From contig NC_086380.1 in NCBI RefSeq assembly GCF_036588685.1, forward strand, positions 27,590,001-27,654,000: a stretch of DNA of 64,000 bases. The letters run 5' to 3'. The DNA is from Mytilus trossulus. Its lineage: Eukaryota. A program made the translations under genes and the position numbers. A model generated the notes under the pieces. That model did no database searches. It saw nothing but the letters and a program-made list of their open reading frames with translations, and was not told where the DNA came from. How positions within the stretch are numbered: the stretch's first letter is position 1; each line of letters starts with the position of its first letter. This document shows, piece by piece, positions 1 through 12,386 of this stretch.

Positions 1-100
1 TTGAGAGAGGCGCATAATATAGCGGGGTATCGAAATCTGCGCGGCATTCAAACCCTCCCTTAACCTAGGACAGGTAATAAGTCCATTCATCAAAGTATTC

Positions 101-197
101 AAGGCCGTACTTTAACCTATAATGGTTTAATTTTCAAATTGTTATTTGGATTGAGAGTTGTCTCATTGGCACTCACACCACATCTTCCTATATCTAT
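101..197 (+). repeat. Interspersed SINE-like repeat, 3' fragment (family A)
   Basis: AAGGCCGTAC...GAGAGTTGTCTCATTGGCACTCACACCACATCTTCCTATATCTAT recurs at 40481-40920 (-), 46720-46920 and 62100-62460, and partly at 31870-31950, 46330-46415 and 47260-47345. It is absent from the paralogous site at ~9538. Confidence 0.8.
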
Positions 198-489
198 TTA
201 TAGTGAGGATCTTTATTTCACCGTTTTGCTCATTCGCCTTTCCAAATCTTCTTATATAGAGCAGCATTTTTAAACATTTAACAAATTGCCTATTAGTTTA
301 TCCTTGAATTTATCATGACATCGGTTAGTTTATATGCTGTTCATTGCACTTATATACAAATCACAGATCTATTTTTATTGGTTTAAATGAAACGAAAATA
401 TAAAATGAAGAAATATCGAAAACCGCATGTTTATCTTTGCTTTGAAGAAGAAGGTTCAGTAAGACCCCCTTTTGTCCACAGATATATAA

Positions 490-1263
490 AAGTGGGACGA
501 AATATACCAAAGGGACAGTCAGACTCATAAATCTAAAACAAACTGACAACTCCATGGCTAAAAATGGAAAAAAAAACAAACAAAAAACAATAGTACACAT
601 GACACAACATAAAAAAATAAAGAATAAACAACACAACACCACCAAAAACTAGAGGTGATATCAGGTGCTTCGGAAGGGTAAGCAGATCCTGCTCCATATG
701 ATATACCCGTCTTGTTGCTTATGTGATAACAAATCCGGTAAATAGTCTTATTCGGTAGATCACATTCATGAAAGGGAAGGGGACTGTAGTTACGACCTTA
801 TGAACATATCCGATATCATTTGTGAAACGGTAATTCCATAATGGTCAAATAACTCGTGATGGCGTCCGTAAAATATGCGAAGGGATGATTTTAACTCCAC
901 CATTTGAAACTCCTGATTTAATAGCTTCCTTGTGAGCTGCAACCCTCTATCAAGAAAATCATGATAGGAAATGCAAGCACGGGAATAACGTATCAATTGG
1001 GAGATATATACACCGTATGCAGGTACTGCTGGAATGTCGCTACTTAGAAATGGAAAGTTCACAACTGGGAAGCTGAAATCATCTCTTTTGTCGTAAAGTT
1101 TAGTTTTTAACCGACCCTCATTGTCAATTTCTAGATGTAGGTCAAGATATGAAGCCGACTTATTTGTACCTGTAGTATCCTTTATCTTTAGTTAGATGGG
1201 ATAGATGCGTTCAACATAGTCACCAAAATTTGAATTGTTAAGTGGAAGAACATCATCTATATA
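490..1263 (-). mobile_element. Penelope-like retroelement remnant: RT C-terminal part plus 3' tail
   Basis: Minus strand reads YIDDVL...YVERIYPI*LKIKDTT...SASYLDLHL...KLYDKRDDFSF.VVNFPFLSS.IP..PAYGVYISQLIRYSRAC, with an in-frame stop. The tail (490-800) recurs at ~8200, 13320, 18200, 24150, 24600, 25940, 26690 and 47930. Confidence 0.8.
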
Positions 1264-3022
1264 CACTACAAAAGTCAAAAAGTCTGAAAAGACCAGTTTT
1301 TGTCTGAATTTGCATGAATTTTTACTTGACATTCTTAATTTGTCTGCATACTTTTTGAAAATTCTTGACATAGTATTAGTTTGTCTAAAAAGGTTCTTGA
1401 TTTTTCTTGACAAGTGTCTTGATAGTATTAACATTGTCTTAAAATTTCTCGACACTTCCTGTATCATCTGATAAGAGTCTGGATTAGTCTCGACCAATTC
1501 TTGACTGTCTTAAATTTGTCTCGATCTGTCTTGACATATTCTTGACATTCTTAATAATGTCTGAATTTGTCTTGACATATTCTTGACATTCTTAATAATG
1601 TCTGAATTTGTCTTGACATATTCTTGACATTCTTAATAATGTCTTAATATGTCTTGACACATTCTTGACAGTATTAAATATGTCTTGACACTATCTCAAC
1701 AGTATAAATTTCGCCTGAACGGTTTATGAAATCTTTTGAGTTTGTGTGGCTAAAAGAAGAAGAGGGGGGCTTTCGTGTTGGTCAAAGAATTTGTTCTCGT
1801 CTTGATTCAAACTATATTTTTAGAACAACCCCAAAACATTTTTGTTCTATTTGGGTGTTGAGTTTTATAATTTTTTATCAACAAAACATTTGTGATAACG
1901 GGCTCTTTCCTGAAAAGAAAAAAAATGTTTAGATCTATATCATGTATGTTTATTTGAGACCAATGAAATTATTGATTAAAAATTATAAAATTCAACACTC
2001 AAATTTGAATAGTAAATAGAAATCATTAATGGGACCCATTATGAATACTTTTTTTATTATTATTCCTGGAGTAGATAATAATTTTCTTTTAATCTTTGGA
2101 ATGTTTATGGCAGGTCAACTGATAAGTTGTATGGCTGATTACAGGTAAATCAGTAATTTCTATTTGACAGTTGCGTGTATTCTGGGGTGTGTTATAACTT
2201 AATTTTATGGGGAACATCCTGTCCATGTATAATACTTAATATATATTCCAACAGATGACATTACAAAAATTTTTCTTCTGTTAAATGAATGAATTTATAT
2301 TATCATAATTTGCTATTTATATAAACCACATTTTTTGTACAATAATTATTTACCATATTAACATTGGATATTATGAATGTAGAGTGAAATATGTCTACCA
2401 TATGATTGGTTTTAATAATTTAAGTAATAATTAAGATTTAGGAATCAAAATTTGTATTTTTTTTTACAAAAAAACACATTTAGATTGTTATATCAGCACA
2501 CCCTCATTTAAATTATTTTATACATTAGATTTTGTAGCCATATTTGCATTTGTGAAACTATTTAAATACCCAAATTTTCAATTGTTTTACATGCCCAACT
2601 TTCATATTTGTTGTAAGGAATGTAACTTAAAAACAACAGTCTATTATGTAAAAAGAAATAAAGATTAAAGTTATATTATGAATATTGGTCATGATTTGTA
2701 AAACTCAGAACTGTCAAGTGAATTTAAGACACAATTCAAAATGTTCAGAATATGTCAAGCCAAACTGAGAAAGAATAAGAATGTCAAGAATATCTCGAGA
2801 AATTTCAAGACAGTATTCAAATGTCAAGAATTTGTCAAGAAATTTTAAGACCATATTCAGAATGTCAAGAATATGTCGAGTAAATTTCATACAAATTTGA
2901 TATAAATGAGAATTTGTCAAGAAAAATTAAGACACGAGTCATACTTTTGGAGAATGTCAAGTAAAAGTTCATGCAAATCAAGACAAAAACTGGTCTTTTC
3001 AGACTTTTTGACTTTTGTAGTG
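1264..3022. mobile_element. Non-autonomous CACTA (EnSpm/CMC)-type DNA transposon, 1759 bp
   Basis: Termini CACTACAAAAGTCAAAAAGTCTGAAAAGACCAGTTTTTGTCT... and its near-perfect reverse complement ending TTTTGTAGTG. 3-bp TSD ATA (1261-1263, 3023-3025). Subterminal arrays of TCTTGACA (left) and TGTCAAGA (right). No transposase ORF. Confidence 0.85.
1527..1660. repeat. ~41-bp tandem repeat (about 3 copies) in the left subterminal region of the CACTA element
   Basis: TGTCTTGACATATTCTTGACATTCTTAATAATGTCTGAATT repeated head-to-tail. Confidence 0.85.
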
Positions 3023-3186
3023 ATAGCGGAAAGTAGAGTTAAAGGATATTGCTAACTTCTTATCTTTCTTCATAAGAAGTTCCTGCATGAAGTCAGCCTC
3101 ATCATAATATAGAAACAAGTCGGCCAGTAGAGGGGCAAAGTTTGTTCCCATATGAATGCCGACAGTCTGTTGAAAAACACGTCCTC
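3023..3186 (-). mobile_element. Penelope-like RT remnant, upstream half (continues 490-1263)
   Basis: Minus strand GRVFQQTVGIHMGTNFAPLLADLFLYYDEADFMQELL...FNSTFRY joins in frame to IDDVL once the CACTA element and one TSD copy are removed. Confidence 0.85.
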
Positions 3187-3394
3187 ATTAGTTTTATGAC
3201 ATTGTTTTAGTGTAAACTTTAAGCCATTTTTCGGAAAGTAGAATACTTCTGGTACATAATTATGGACTGTTTTTGATGGATGGGTTATTATACTGGTACA
3301 TTTGATAACTTTTTACAATGCGCAAATGTCGGGTACTATCATTATTAAGTCATATTAAAATGTTCATTATTTAAGCATTTGAAATACGTTAGTC

Positions 3395-3705
3395 ATTTCA
3401 GACGCTCATATTCAAGCTTAAATATAAAAAATCTATCCTTATGCCATAATATACCATACTATACCACTTTTCAGATAGTTTTTGTCAAAAATGAAAGTGG
3501 CTGCATTCGTGTTCATTCTTAATATTTAAATGTAAGTTGTATTTGATTATGATGCATAACATATATAAAGGTTGAGGATGAACTCAGATTCGACCACTTT
3601 CGTTTTTGACAAAAATTATCTGAAAAGTGGTATATTATATTATGGTATAGTGTTGCATATTTGATATATTTATCATAATTTAGCTTAAATATGAGCGTCT
3701 GAAAT
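3395..3705. mobile_element. Fold-back (palindromic) MITE, ~310 bp
   Basis: Nested inverted arms: ATTTCAGACGCTCATATT / AATATGAGCGTCTGAAAT and ACCACTTTTCAGATA.TTTTTGTCAAAAA.GAAAGTGG with its reverse complement. Confidence 0.7.
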
Positions 3706-3992
3706 AAATAAATCAGTTCAAATCTTTTACAAAAAATAATTGAATCGACTGATGTAGATACTTAAGTGTTGAAAAAGTGTACAAACCTTTCATCAGATGA
3801 ATCAGAAATTTGATGAAAAAATGGAGACTTACCGGACCTACTGGGTTATATTCTGGTTGGTGCCTTAACAAAGACAAGTTACATTTTTTGCGCTGCTTTT
3901 TCATATTTTAGACATGAGTTTGTTCATGGGGTTGTTAATCTATACGCAGTGTTGCTACTTGTATCCATCAACTTTATTTAATTTTTGAGATA

Positions 3993-5190
3993 TACACATG
4001 GAAAAAAGTATTGCAACACCAAATTGAAATTGAAATTAAAAAACACTCTTTATTATTTTGTTATATAATTTGGTAAAATAGAACAAGTTAAACATTATTT
4101 AAGTATCACCTGAGTTTGATCAATAAATATCGACTCAATAAGTTTTTATCTGCACATGCAGCTACTGTACCCGTAAACAGCAAAACAGATGTTTTTATCC
4201 TCATTGTTCTCAACACTTTAAATAACCAAGTTTTTAAAGTTATGTGATTTACACCTTGTAATGGGTCCTCGACAACTCTTGACTGCAGGAAGATGGCAGA
4301 TTATAAGCTTAAGAGAAGCAGGGATATCGCTGTAACAACTGCACGTATTGTTGGTCATCACCATTCCACTATACGTCGTGTTGAGAATAAAATTCAGGCA
4401 ATAAACGATGTTAAAGACCTTCCGAGATAATGAAGACCCCCTATACAATTTGCTAGGGAAAATCAAGCATAATAAAGGTTGGTCAGAAGGAAACACATTG
4501 CATACAAGACAATCCTATAAAAAGAGAGTGGTGGCCATACAGGAACCTTTTAACAAGAACTGTTCGAGATCGACTCATCGCTACTGGTTATCGTGCGAAA
4601 AGACCATTCCGGAGACCTTTGCTACCGAACAGACAAACAGTTTTCCGTATCCAATGAAGTGCAGAGCTCGCCAAAGTTGGAAATTAGCATCGTGGAAGAA
4701 AGTGCGCGAAAGAACACCCCAATTCAAACACATCATGAAATATACAATGCCCTTCATCAGAAATGGTTGCTGCTATCTTAGCAACAAGTTAGTCGATTTA
4801 TGGCAGGAATCAGAAGACGCTTATATTCGGTTATCCGTTTGAATGGAGGCTGCGCACAAAGTTCTCATCATTTTGCGTGTAACGATCAACCATGATGCGA
4901 ATAATCATCTGAAGATTAATTTTGAAATGTCTGACATTGTAAAGTTCGACTACAGTAAAAGTTGTAAAATTATTTTTTTTGTACAAAAAACACTTCATTT
5001 TGTTTTTTAAAATTGTTGTTATATAAATCATTTTTTTCCAAAAGTTTTTGTTCGTTTCAATGCCAATGTTGTCATAAACTATGTTTCAATAATATCATAC
5101 ACATATTTTATTATACTTCATCCAAAAAAAGAGGCTGATTTTTCAAGTTTTAAAAAATCCAGGTGTTGCGATACTTTTTTTCCATGTGCA
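3993..5190 (+). mobile_element. Decayed Tc1/mariner element with TIRs and transposase pseudogene
   Basis: ~28-bp TIRs (CACATGGAAAAAAGTATTGCAACACC / GGTGTTGCGATACTTTTTTTCCATGTG). Fragments from 4261: MGPRQL..GRWQIISLREAG, ARIVGHHHSTIRRV, DVKDLPR, RTVRDRLIATGYRAKRP, RARQSWKLASWKKV, NALHQKW...RRRL...NGG. Stops and frameshifts; DDE core apparently deleted. Confidence 0.75.
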
Positions 5191-5459
5191 TATATGTGTG
5201 GTTTATGAAAAAAGCAAAACGTTTCGAATAAGATAATTTGATTGTTTTAGTAGTCTTGATGTACCCAATTGCTGTAAATGCTTTCATTCTTCTTTCAATA
5301 GAAAATATTCCATGATCAGTCTGGCAATAACAAATCATTTCTTTTTGGAAACATTATCTTAACAAGGAATGACAGATATAAGGTTGTTCCTAACACATTC
5401 GTTATGATACAATGTATAAAAGTAGATGACACTCTCATTTATATTTACACCGTTGACAA

Positions 5460-5700
5460 TGTAATGGGATTTGATACGACTGTCATACAAGTGAGAGGTT
5501 TAGCTAGCTATAAAACCAGGTTCAATCTACCATTTTCTACATTAAAAAAATGCCTGTACCAAGTCAGGAATATGACAGTTGTTATCCATTCGTGTGATGT
5601 GTTTGGACTTTTGATTTTGCCTTTTGATTTTTGATTTTCCTTTTTGAATTTTCCTCAGAGTTCAGTATTTTTGTGTTTTTACTTTTTATTATTTCTAGTT
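5460..5700 (+). repeat. Interspersed repeat (family C)
   Basis: AAATGCCTGTACCAAGTCAGGAATATGACAGTTG...GAATTTTCCTC.GAGTTCAGT recurs at ~49580-49735. Confidence 0.7.
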
Positions 5701-6148
5701 TTATTTTCCAGAAAATTGTGCCCAAATATGCCACACCAAAGAATAAACGTTCAAGATGAAATAATTTAAACAAACATTATCAGCATTTTATGGTCGTTTT
5801 ACTTGATATATTCTTCATTTTTTTAATTTAAACTGAACTCCCAGAACCATAAGGCATTTTAAAAACTCAGATTTTAATATGCAGCAATTCTATAAAATTG
5901 CTACAGTTCAAGTAAATGTCAAAACCATGTTGATAACTTTACACGAGCAGCTCTCTATAATTAATGTTACGTGCATTGGTTTTCATTTCACAATGTACTT
6001 TACAACATTGTACAAAGCGGCTAGGTTTTAATTGTGATTGTTGTATTTTAAACAACTTTAAATATCAAATTATAATTCCCAAGGTTTTGTCCTCAATTAC
6101 TTTTGAACTTATATATAATTTGGCAATTATAATCTCATCAAATTTTTG

Positions 6149-6219
6149 TATTTAAACCCTCAATATAAAATCTAATAGCGTAGTTTTTGGACAAACTTGA
6201 ATCAGCTTAGGCAGGCAAG
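6149..6219 (+). promoter_or_regulatory. TATA box and non-coding exon 1 of Cys-rich gene A
   Basis: TATTTAAA at 6149-6156, donor CAAG|GTATTT at 6219/6220. The same arrangement is conserved upstream of paralogs B and C. Predicted intron 6220-7301. Confidence 0.6.
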
Positions 6220-7301
6220 GTATTTTACATTTTTATTTATCTTATTGTTAACGACTGCTTCATAGACTTACGACATACAAATTACTAGCAGAATTACTCG
6301 ACGAAATCCAAAATTTTAGCACCTATTCTAACATTTCATTCGATATTAAAACGATTAATGAACTTTAAGAACATCACACACACTATTTGCGTTTACTCGT
6401 TTTGAAAGGAAAGATCTATTCAAATTATGAAAGCATTAAAATTCGATTGTTTATCAATGTTTAGTGTCCTCATAACATTACTGATAAGAAGTAGCATTAT
6501 TCGTTTACAATTATGGTTTCCATATATATTAACATGGAAAAGTTTCGAAACGATTGACAATATTTTGTTGTTTGTTTAGCTTGCAGGGCGTTTATTTTCA
6601 ATACAGTCAGGTTAATTTATTATGGGAATTGTATCAACAATAACATTTTCAGTATTTGAAATGAAAAGACTCACAAGCATGTATGTTCATGATTTTTGTT
6701 AATTCCTCATCGGTATCTTTATGTTAATCATATGTTTCCTTGTTAACGTTCATTTGAATCAATTTTCGTTTAATTTCTGATACAGTAATGTTAGCGACTA
6801 TGATTAAGAATGAGAAAGTCATTGATCTTATTGCTGGGACAATGTCATGTACGGTATTAATTCAAATTGGCAAAAGATGAAAATCAATACAAGAATTAGA
6901 ATAGGATGTATACGAAGTCGTTGATGATGAAAAAAAATAAGAAAAAAAAATTCAATTGATAAAAAACGTTCAAGACAGTTGCTTCGATTGCGAAATATAC
7001 TAGCAAGTAAATTGGCATTAATCTGCCAGAATTTGCATGAAGCTTAGTAACATACAATCAGATAAAAAATTATAAAATTACACTAGTTTCACTGGTGTGT
7101 CTTTTGTCGACGAAATGCGCATCTGGTGTAAATACAAAATGTAATCCTTGTATCTATGATGAGTTTGTTTTGCCGTCTTATATAATTGTGTTTGGTTACA
7201 TGTTCGATATGATTTTTGATAATTTTATTTGAGACATACTTTATGAAAAAAATTTGGTCATTCAATGATATTAAATGTTAATATAATGCATTTTATTTCA
7301 G

Positions 7302-7685
7302 ATGTTTCCCACTTTAACAGCTGTCTTGTTCTTAGTGCTTATAAGCGTCACTACGACAAGCGGTTGCAGACAATGTACAGTCAATGGGCAGCAATATAGG
7401 GGAAATTCCCGCTTTCAGTTTACAAACGGCTGTTCGCGTTATAATTGTATGTGTAACTGTGATGGTAGCTGGAACTGCCCTGCTGAAGATACAACGAACG
7501 ACTGTACTGGATCAAACAATGGCGGTTATAATACGAACTGCAGACAATGTCAACTCAGCGGACAAACATACGCGGGAAACACCCAGTTCTCATATACCGA
7601 TGGCTGTTACCGGTTTAACTGTGACTGCCGCTGTGACGGAAGTTGGACTTGCCCGGGAAGCAGAACACAAAACCTTTGCGGATAA
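7302..7685 (+). CDS. Secreted cysteine-rich protein A (signal peptide + two 8-Cys modules), 127 aa
   Basis: Hydrophobic N-terminus, two 47-aa repeats with identical Cys spacing, splice acceptor TTTTATTTCAG immediately before the ATG, and two intact paralogs in the window. Confidence 0.92.
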   Translation: MFPTLTAVLFLVLISVTTTSGCRQCTVNGQQYRGNSRFQFTNGCSRYNCMCNCDGSWNCPAEDTTNDCTGSNNGGYNTNCRQCQLSGQTYAGNTQFSYTDGCYRFNCDCRCDGSWTCPGSRTQNLCG

Positions 7686-10428
7686 ATGATAATTTGTCAT
7701 TAAATTGCATTTGATTGAAGGTTGATTTTGATTTATTTTTTTCGTTATGAAACTTATTTGAAAATGATCAACACTTTATACTTAGTACTCAGAATATCGC
7801 TAGAAGTAGACAATCGATCCCCGAGAGTACTATCGCGACAGTACTTCAGTACTGATAAGATGTATGTCAAACCATTATATATATGTCTGTTTATAAATTG
7901 TTATTTTATTCCTAAACAATATTTTCAGTCCCCTTGTTCGAATAGATTCAGCTTTCATTTCTAATACATTTCCGGTCATGCAGCTCCTCAATTGCTTTGG
8001 TTCTGAGGTCCCCTAACGTTTCAAATGTTAAGTTTTACGGAAGAAGGCTGTTTAAAAAAGCTCTTCAGACGCATGGAATTCATAAAGTGTTGTAGTCATG
8101 TTCCTATACCAATCAATCTTAACACTGTTTTTTTTAATTGATAATTTGTTTTGATTGTTTTCTCGCTGTGATTCATTGGTACATGTACGTGTAATAACAA
8201 GTCAAAAGACACTAAAGGAACGTTCAAGCTAATACGAAAAAAATCGACCCACAACACTAGTATAAAAAGGTCGAAACGAAAAACAATAGTATACAAAACA
8301 CAACATAGAAAACTTAAGAGTAAGCAACACGAATAAAAAAAAAACACTTTAATTCATTTAACTGTTATTGTTATTTTATCATGTTTATATCCGTCACTGT
8401 TTAGCAGATATGCATTTCAACTAAAGAATTAATTAAACACAAATGATGTTCAAATTGAAAAGGATATGTATAAAAGGAAAGTTACCAAATAATCAAACAA
8501 ACTAAAATGTTAAAAATGAACCAACAGACAGAAATCATAACGACAATTAGAGTTAACAAAAAAAAACATTATAGAAAATATTAAAATCATAGCAGTACGA
8601 AATATGCTAAAACACATGGCTGATCATAGAAACGTCTGATTTGTAAGCAGGTCTTGTTCCATTGTTTGCACTGGTTTTGTTGTGCATAAAAGTCTGTGAC
8701 TGAATTTAACTACCATCGCCTAAGCTTAAGCATATATTTATAGTATACGCATCTTTATCTGAAAAAGTGAGAACAATTATAAAGTGCACATAGATGGAAA
8801 CCCAAATGCAATTAAACAAAAAGAGAAAAGGAGAAAAGTCTAATTTTAACATTTGACTTTTTATATCTGTTTCGAGCGACTTTAGAATTTAAATGAAATT
8901 GCATAATTAGGGATTTTGGCATTTACTATACCTTTTACTTGAATTAAAGTATAGAGATTCTAGATATTTGTAAACTTTTAAATTATAAAAAAATATCATT
9001 AAAGTGTCGATTATGGTCATTTCAAATAGCAGCGGATCTTTTTGTGCATAAGCATAAACTCCGCCAAAAACAAAATCGTCAGATAGATAATAGATTAATC
9101 TTTCATTAACATTAATTTGCATCACTGCCGTTTATGTTAGGGTATGTTTGAGTTGACTGTTATGTATAGAATGTCAAAACTGTCTTGTTCTGCACATTTT
9201 CAATACTTTATATGATGTGTATTTGCGTATATACGATATACACAGAATTGAACAACTCTAGGTCACGTACGGCCTCCAACCATGTGTAACGCCCGTACCG
9301 CATATGCAGCTTTAAAAGTCCCCGAAATGAAAAATGTGATACATTTAAACGAAAACAAATAAAGGCCTAATTCAGATAAACAAAATAAAAGAAAAACAAA
9401 TATGTAACAAATAAAAAACGACAACCACAAAAGTACAGGCACTTGACTTTTGACAGGCACAGATTATAGCGGGGTAACATGTAAGGTGGATCACAACCCT
9501 ACCCGGGACAGGTAATAGGTCAATAATTCAAAGTACTCCTTATAGTGAGTATCTTCATACCACAATTTGCTCACTAGCCTATTCATATCTTCTTAGAGCA
9601 GCATTTTTGCACTTATATGCCAATTCCTTATCCTTAACATTATAATAAAGATATGGCATGATTGCCAATGAAACAAATATCCACAAAAGACCAAAATGAC
9701 ACAGAATGATATGAAATGAATAAATATCGAAAATAATAGAAAATAAAAATAGAAAATAATGAAACCAAATAATTGACCACATTCACTTTTTTACCATTTT
9801 AATAAATTGTATATTCAAAATAATATCTAACTTTAAAAATGATACATTTTTTTATTATTAACTATGTTATTAACGGGCTTATTACTTATTGCACTAAAAT
9901 GTCAATGATGACACGATGACTATAATATTCGTAATTGATATCATTTTAGGTACAATCGTATAAATGAGCATATGCCAATTATCTTCATATTGTCATTCAA
10001 ATAGTAATTTACAAGTTAACTTTATAGTTTTCATATGCTTTTGGATATTTTAAATACTTTAAACGATCCGACTCTATTATAGTTATCTGTCTATTACTTA
10101 TTTGGTCTCATTTGATATTTTTTGTTCCTATACAAACCTGGCCTGTTCTATCTTTAACTTGAAAAATTCCTTTAAAAACCAAACCCATAAGAGGGAAATA
10201 AAAGTTAAAAAAAAACAATTAAAAAGGAAAAAATGACACAACTATAAATAGTATTTCGTGCACGGTAATAGTTTGATTATGAATAATGTTCTTGACAAAC
10301 AGATTAGGAAATTATTAAAGTAATTGTTGTATTTTGAACAACCTGTCAAACAATAATACCTTTGCCTTTTCTTTTTATTACTTTGGTAGTTATTTTTATT
10401 TTGCAATTACCAATTTATAAAATATTTG

Positions 10429-10502
10429 TATTTAAACCTTAAAAATCATTTCTAGTAGGATATCTTTGGACAGAGTAGCACTCAACACAGCAGACACGCA
10501 AG
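10429..10502 (+). promoter_or_regulatory. TATA box and non-coding exon 1 of Cys-rich gene B
   Basis: TATTTAAA at 10429-10436, donor CAAG|GTATTT at 10502/10503. Homologous to 6149-6219 and 21172-21245. Confidence 0.6.
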
Positions 10503-12386
10503 GTATTTACTTTCATTTTCTCCATCAATTTGTCATAAACGACTAATAATATAGACTTACAATGCACATATTTTTTACAAAGAAGATACAAACGGGGTTT
10601 GGCATGCTTAAGATTACCATTGTTACATGGACTCTACTAAAATTAGAAAAAAAGTTCAAAATTCTTAATCCTACTTTTTATGACCTTACAAATGAACTAG
10701 CCGGATCTTAATGGAGTTGTTACCTGGTATTTCTAAAAACGAGGAAAGTATTATGAAATTTAAACACAGCTGCATTTTGGCATTGAAACAGAGAAAATGA
10801 AGTTTTACAGTGACCCTATATCGAATCTCGTTGTGTTTAAGAATATTATACGAAACCCCATTAAACAACATGGTTATATATATCATGGCATGTGCCAATG
10901 TGATGTCTGTCTTTGTAATTGAAAATGATCACCGTTACTACGGAAACAGCATAATTGAACTTTAAAAAAAGCGACCGTTACCATGGCAATTAAGAGACCA
11001 GGGTGCCGTCCACTTTTGCGAGCACCAGGAAACCAACTTTCCCAATTTTACAACTTTTTCTCTTTTCTTTATTTTGATAACCCGTTAATGTCAATTTTTC
11101 TGTAAACCACAAATAGACTCTTGTAAATACACCATATAACACTTATTTTACACTAAAAGATGCAAAACATTTTTAACAGACCAATTGCAATCAATGTCAG
11201 AAAAATATACGATAAATTCGTTGATTTCGCTGTCCATCTACATCTGAATGCGATTTAACAACAGACATAATTCTAAATGTCTCTTTTTCACGTAGGTGAT
11301 AACCTATAAGATATGGACTTAATAAAAGAAAGAAATTGAAACGATTACTACTGGTTATTGATATCACCAACACCTTTTGAATTTTTGTTTCTTGTAAGGG
11401 AACGATCAGTTTAAGTTAGAAAAATGTTCAGTTTGTTCAAACTTTTACCGATATCAATTCGAATACAATTATGGTTTCCGTATAAATATACGTGAAATGG
11501 TCGGGAAATCATTGAAGAAGACAATTCTATATTATAAGATTACAAAGCAGCTCGTTCATTATCATTACATCTAGGTTTATCAACTATAGGAACTGTATCA
11601 ACGATTTTATGTTTAGTACTTTTATTTGACATGTGAGTCACGATCATGCATTTTAAAGAGTTTTTATCAACGGGTTTTGCTAGGTGCTGGTTAATTCTAC
11701 ATTGGCTAGATATATAGGGGAGGGTTGAAGTCTCACTAATCATGTCTAGCTCTGCTAAATTTTAGCACCTCTTTTAAGTCAGAAGCCTCTGCCCTTTGTT
11801 TATTTTTGTTTTTTTTTTAATTTTAGTTCATATATATGTTTTGGAATTAAATATGACGTCAACTTTCATTGAACTAGTACACATTTTTTAAGAGGTCAGC
11901 TGCTTCTACGATTGTGTTTATGAACATTCGAATCAGTGTTTGTACTTGTTATTATTTCTGTTACAGCAATGTTAGCGACTATGTTTCAGAACAAGGCCGT
12001 CATTGCCCTTAATGTTAGCATGTTATTTAACAAAATTGTTGAGTGCAAAAAAAAACCACTTTACAATATTAGCATGTAGTCGTTGATGATAATACAAATA
12101 CGAGAAAATAGTTCCCTCTAAACAAAATCATCCAAACAGTTATTTTGGTTGCAAAACAGACTTGCGAATAGATAAGTTTAGATCTGTCACAAGGCTGTGT
12201 AATATAGGAACAGCAACAAAAATCATGACATCACTCTCGTTTTGTCCTTCTTAAAATTTCTTTTATAAATTAAGTTTTATTTGACTTTTAATAATATTAT
12301 TTTGTGTATAACAATATGCATAAATACTACAAAAAGGTCATTCAATAATGATAAATGTTAATATAAATTAATGATTTTTATTTTAG

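Noticed and set aside
361-645. Hydrophobic Cys-containing ORFs (also 8096-8347 and 26114-26296)
   Set aside because: Translations of the repeated Penelope-like 3' tail, not host genes.
1320-1700. Short repeats resembling a CRISPR array
   Set aside because: No unique spacers; these are tandem and subterminal repeats of the CACTA-type element in eukaryotic DNA.
7384-7689. Overlapping 101-aa ORF (also 23824-24111 and 14606-14806)
   Set aside because: Alternative-frame shadows of the Cys-rich genes; not consistently open between paralogs and without protein-like features.
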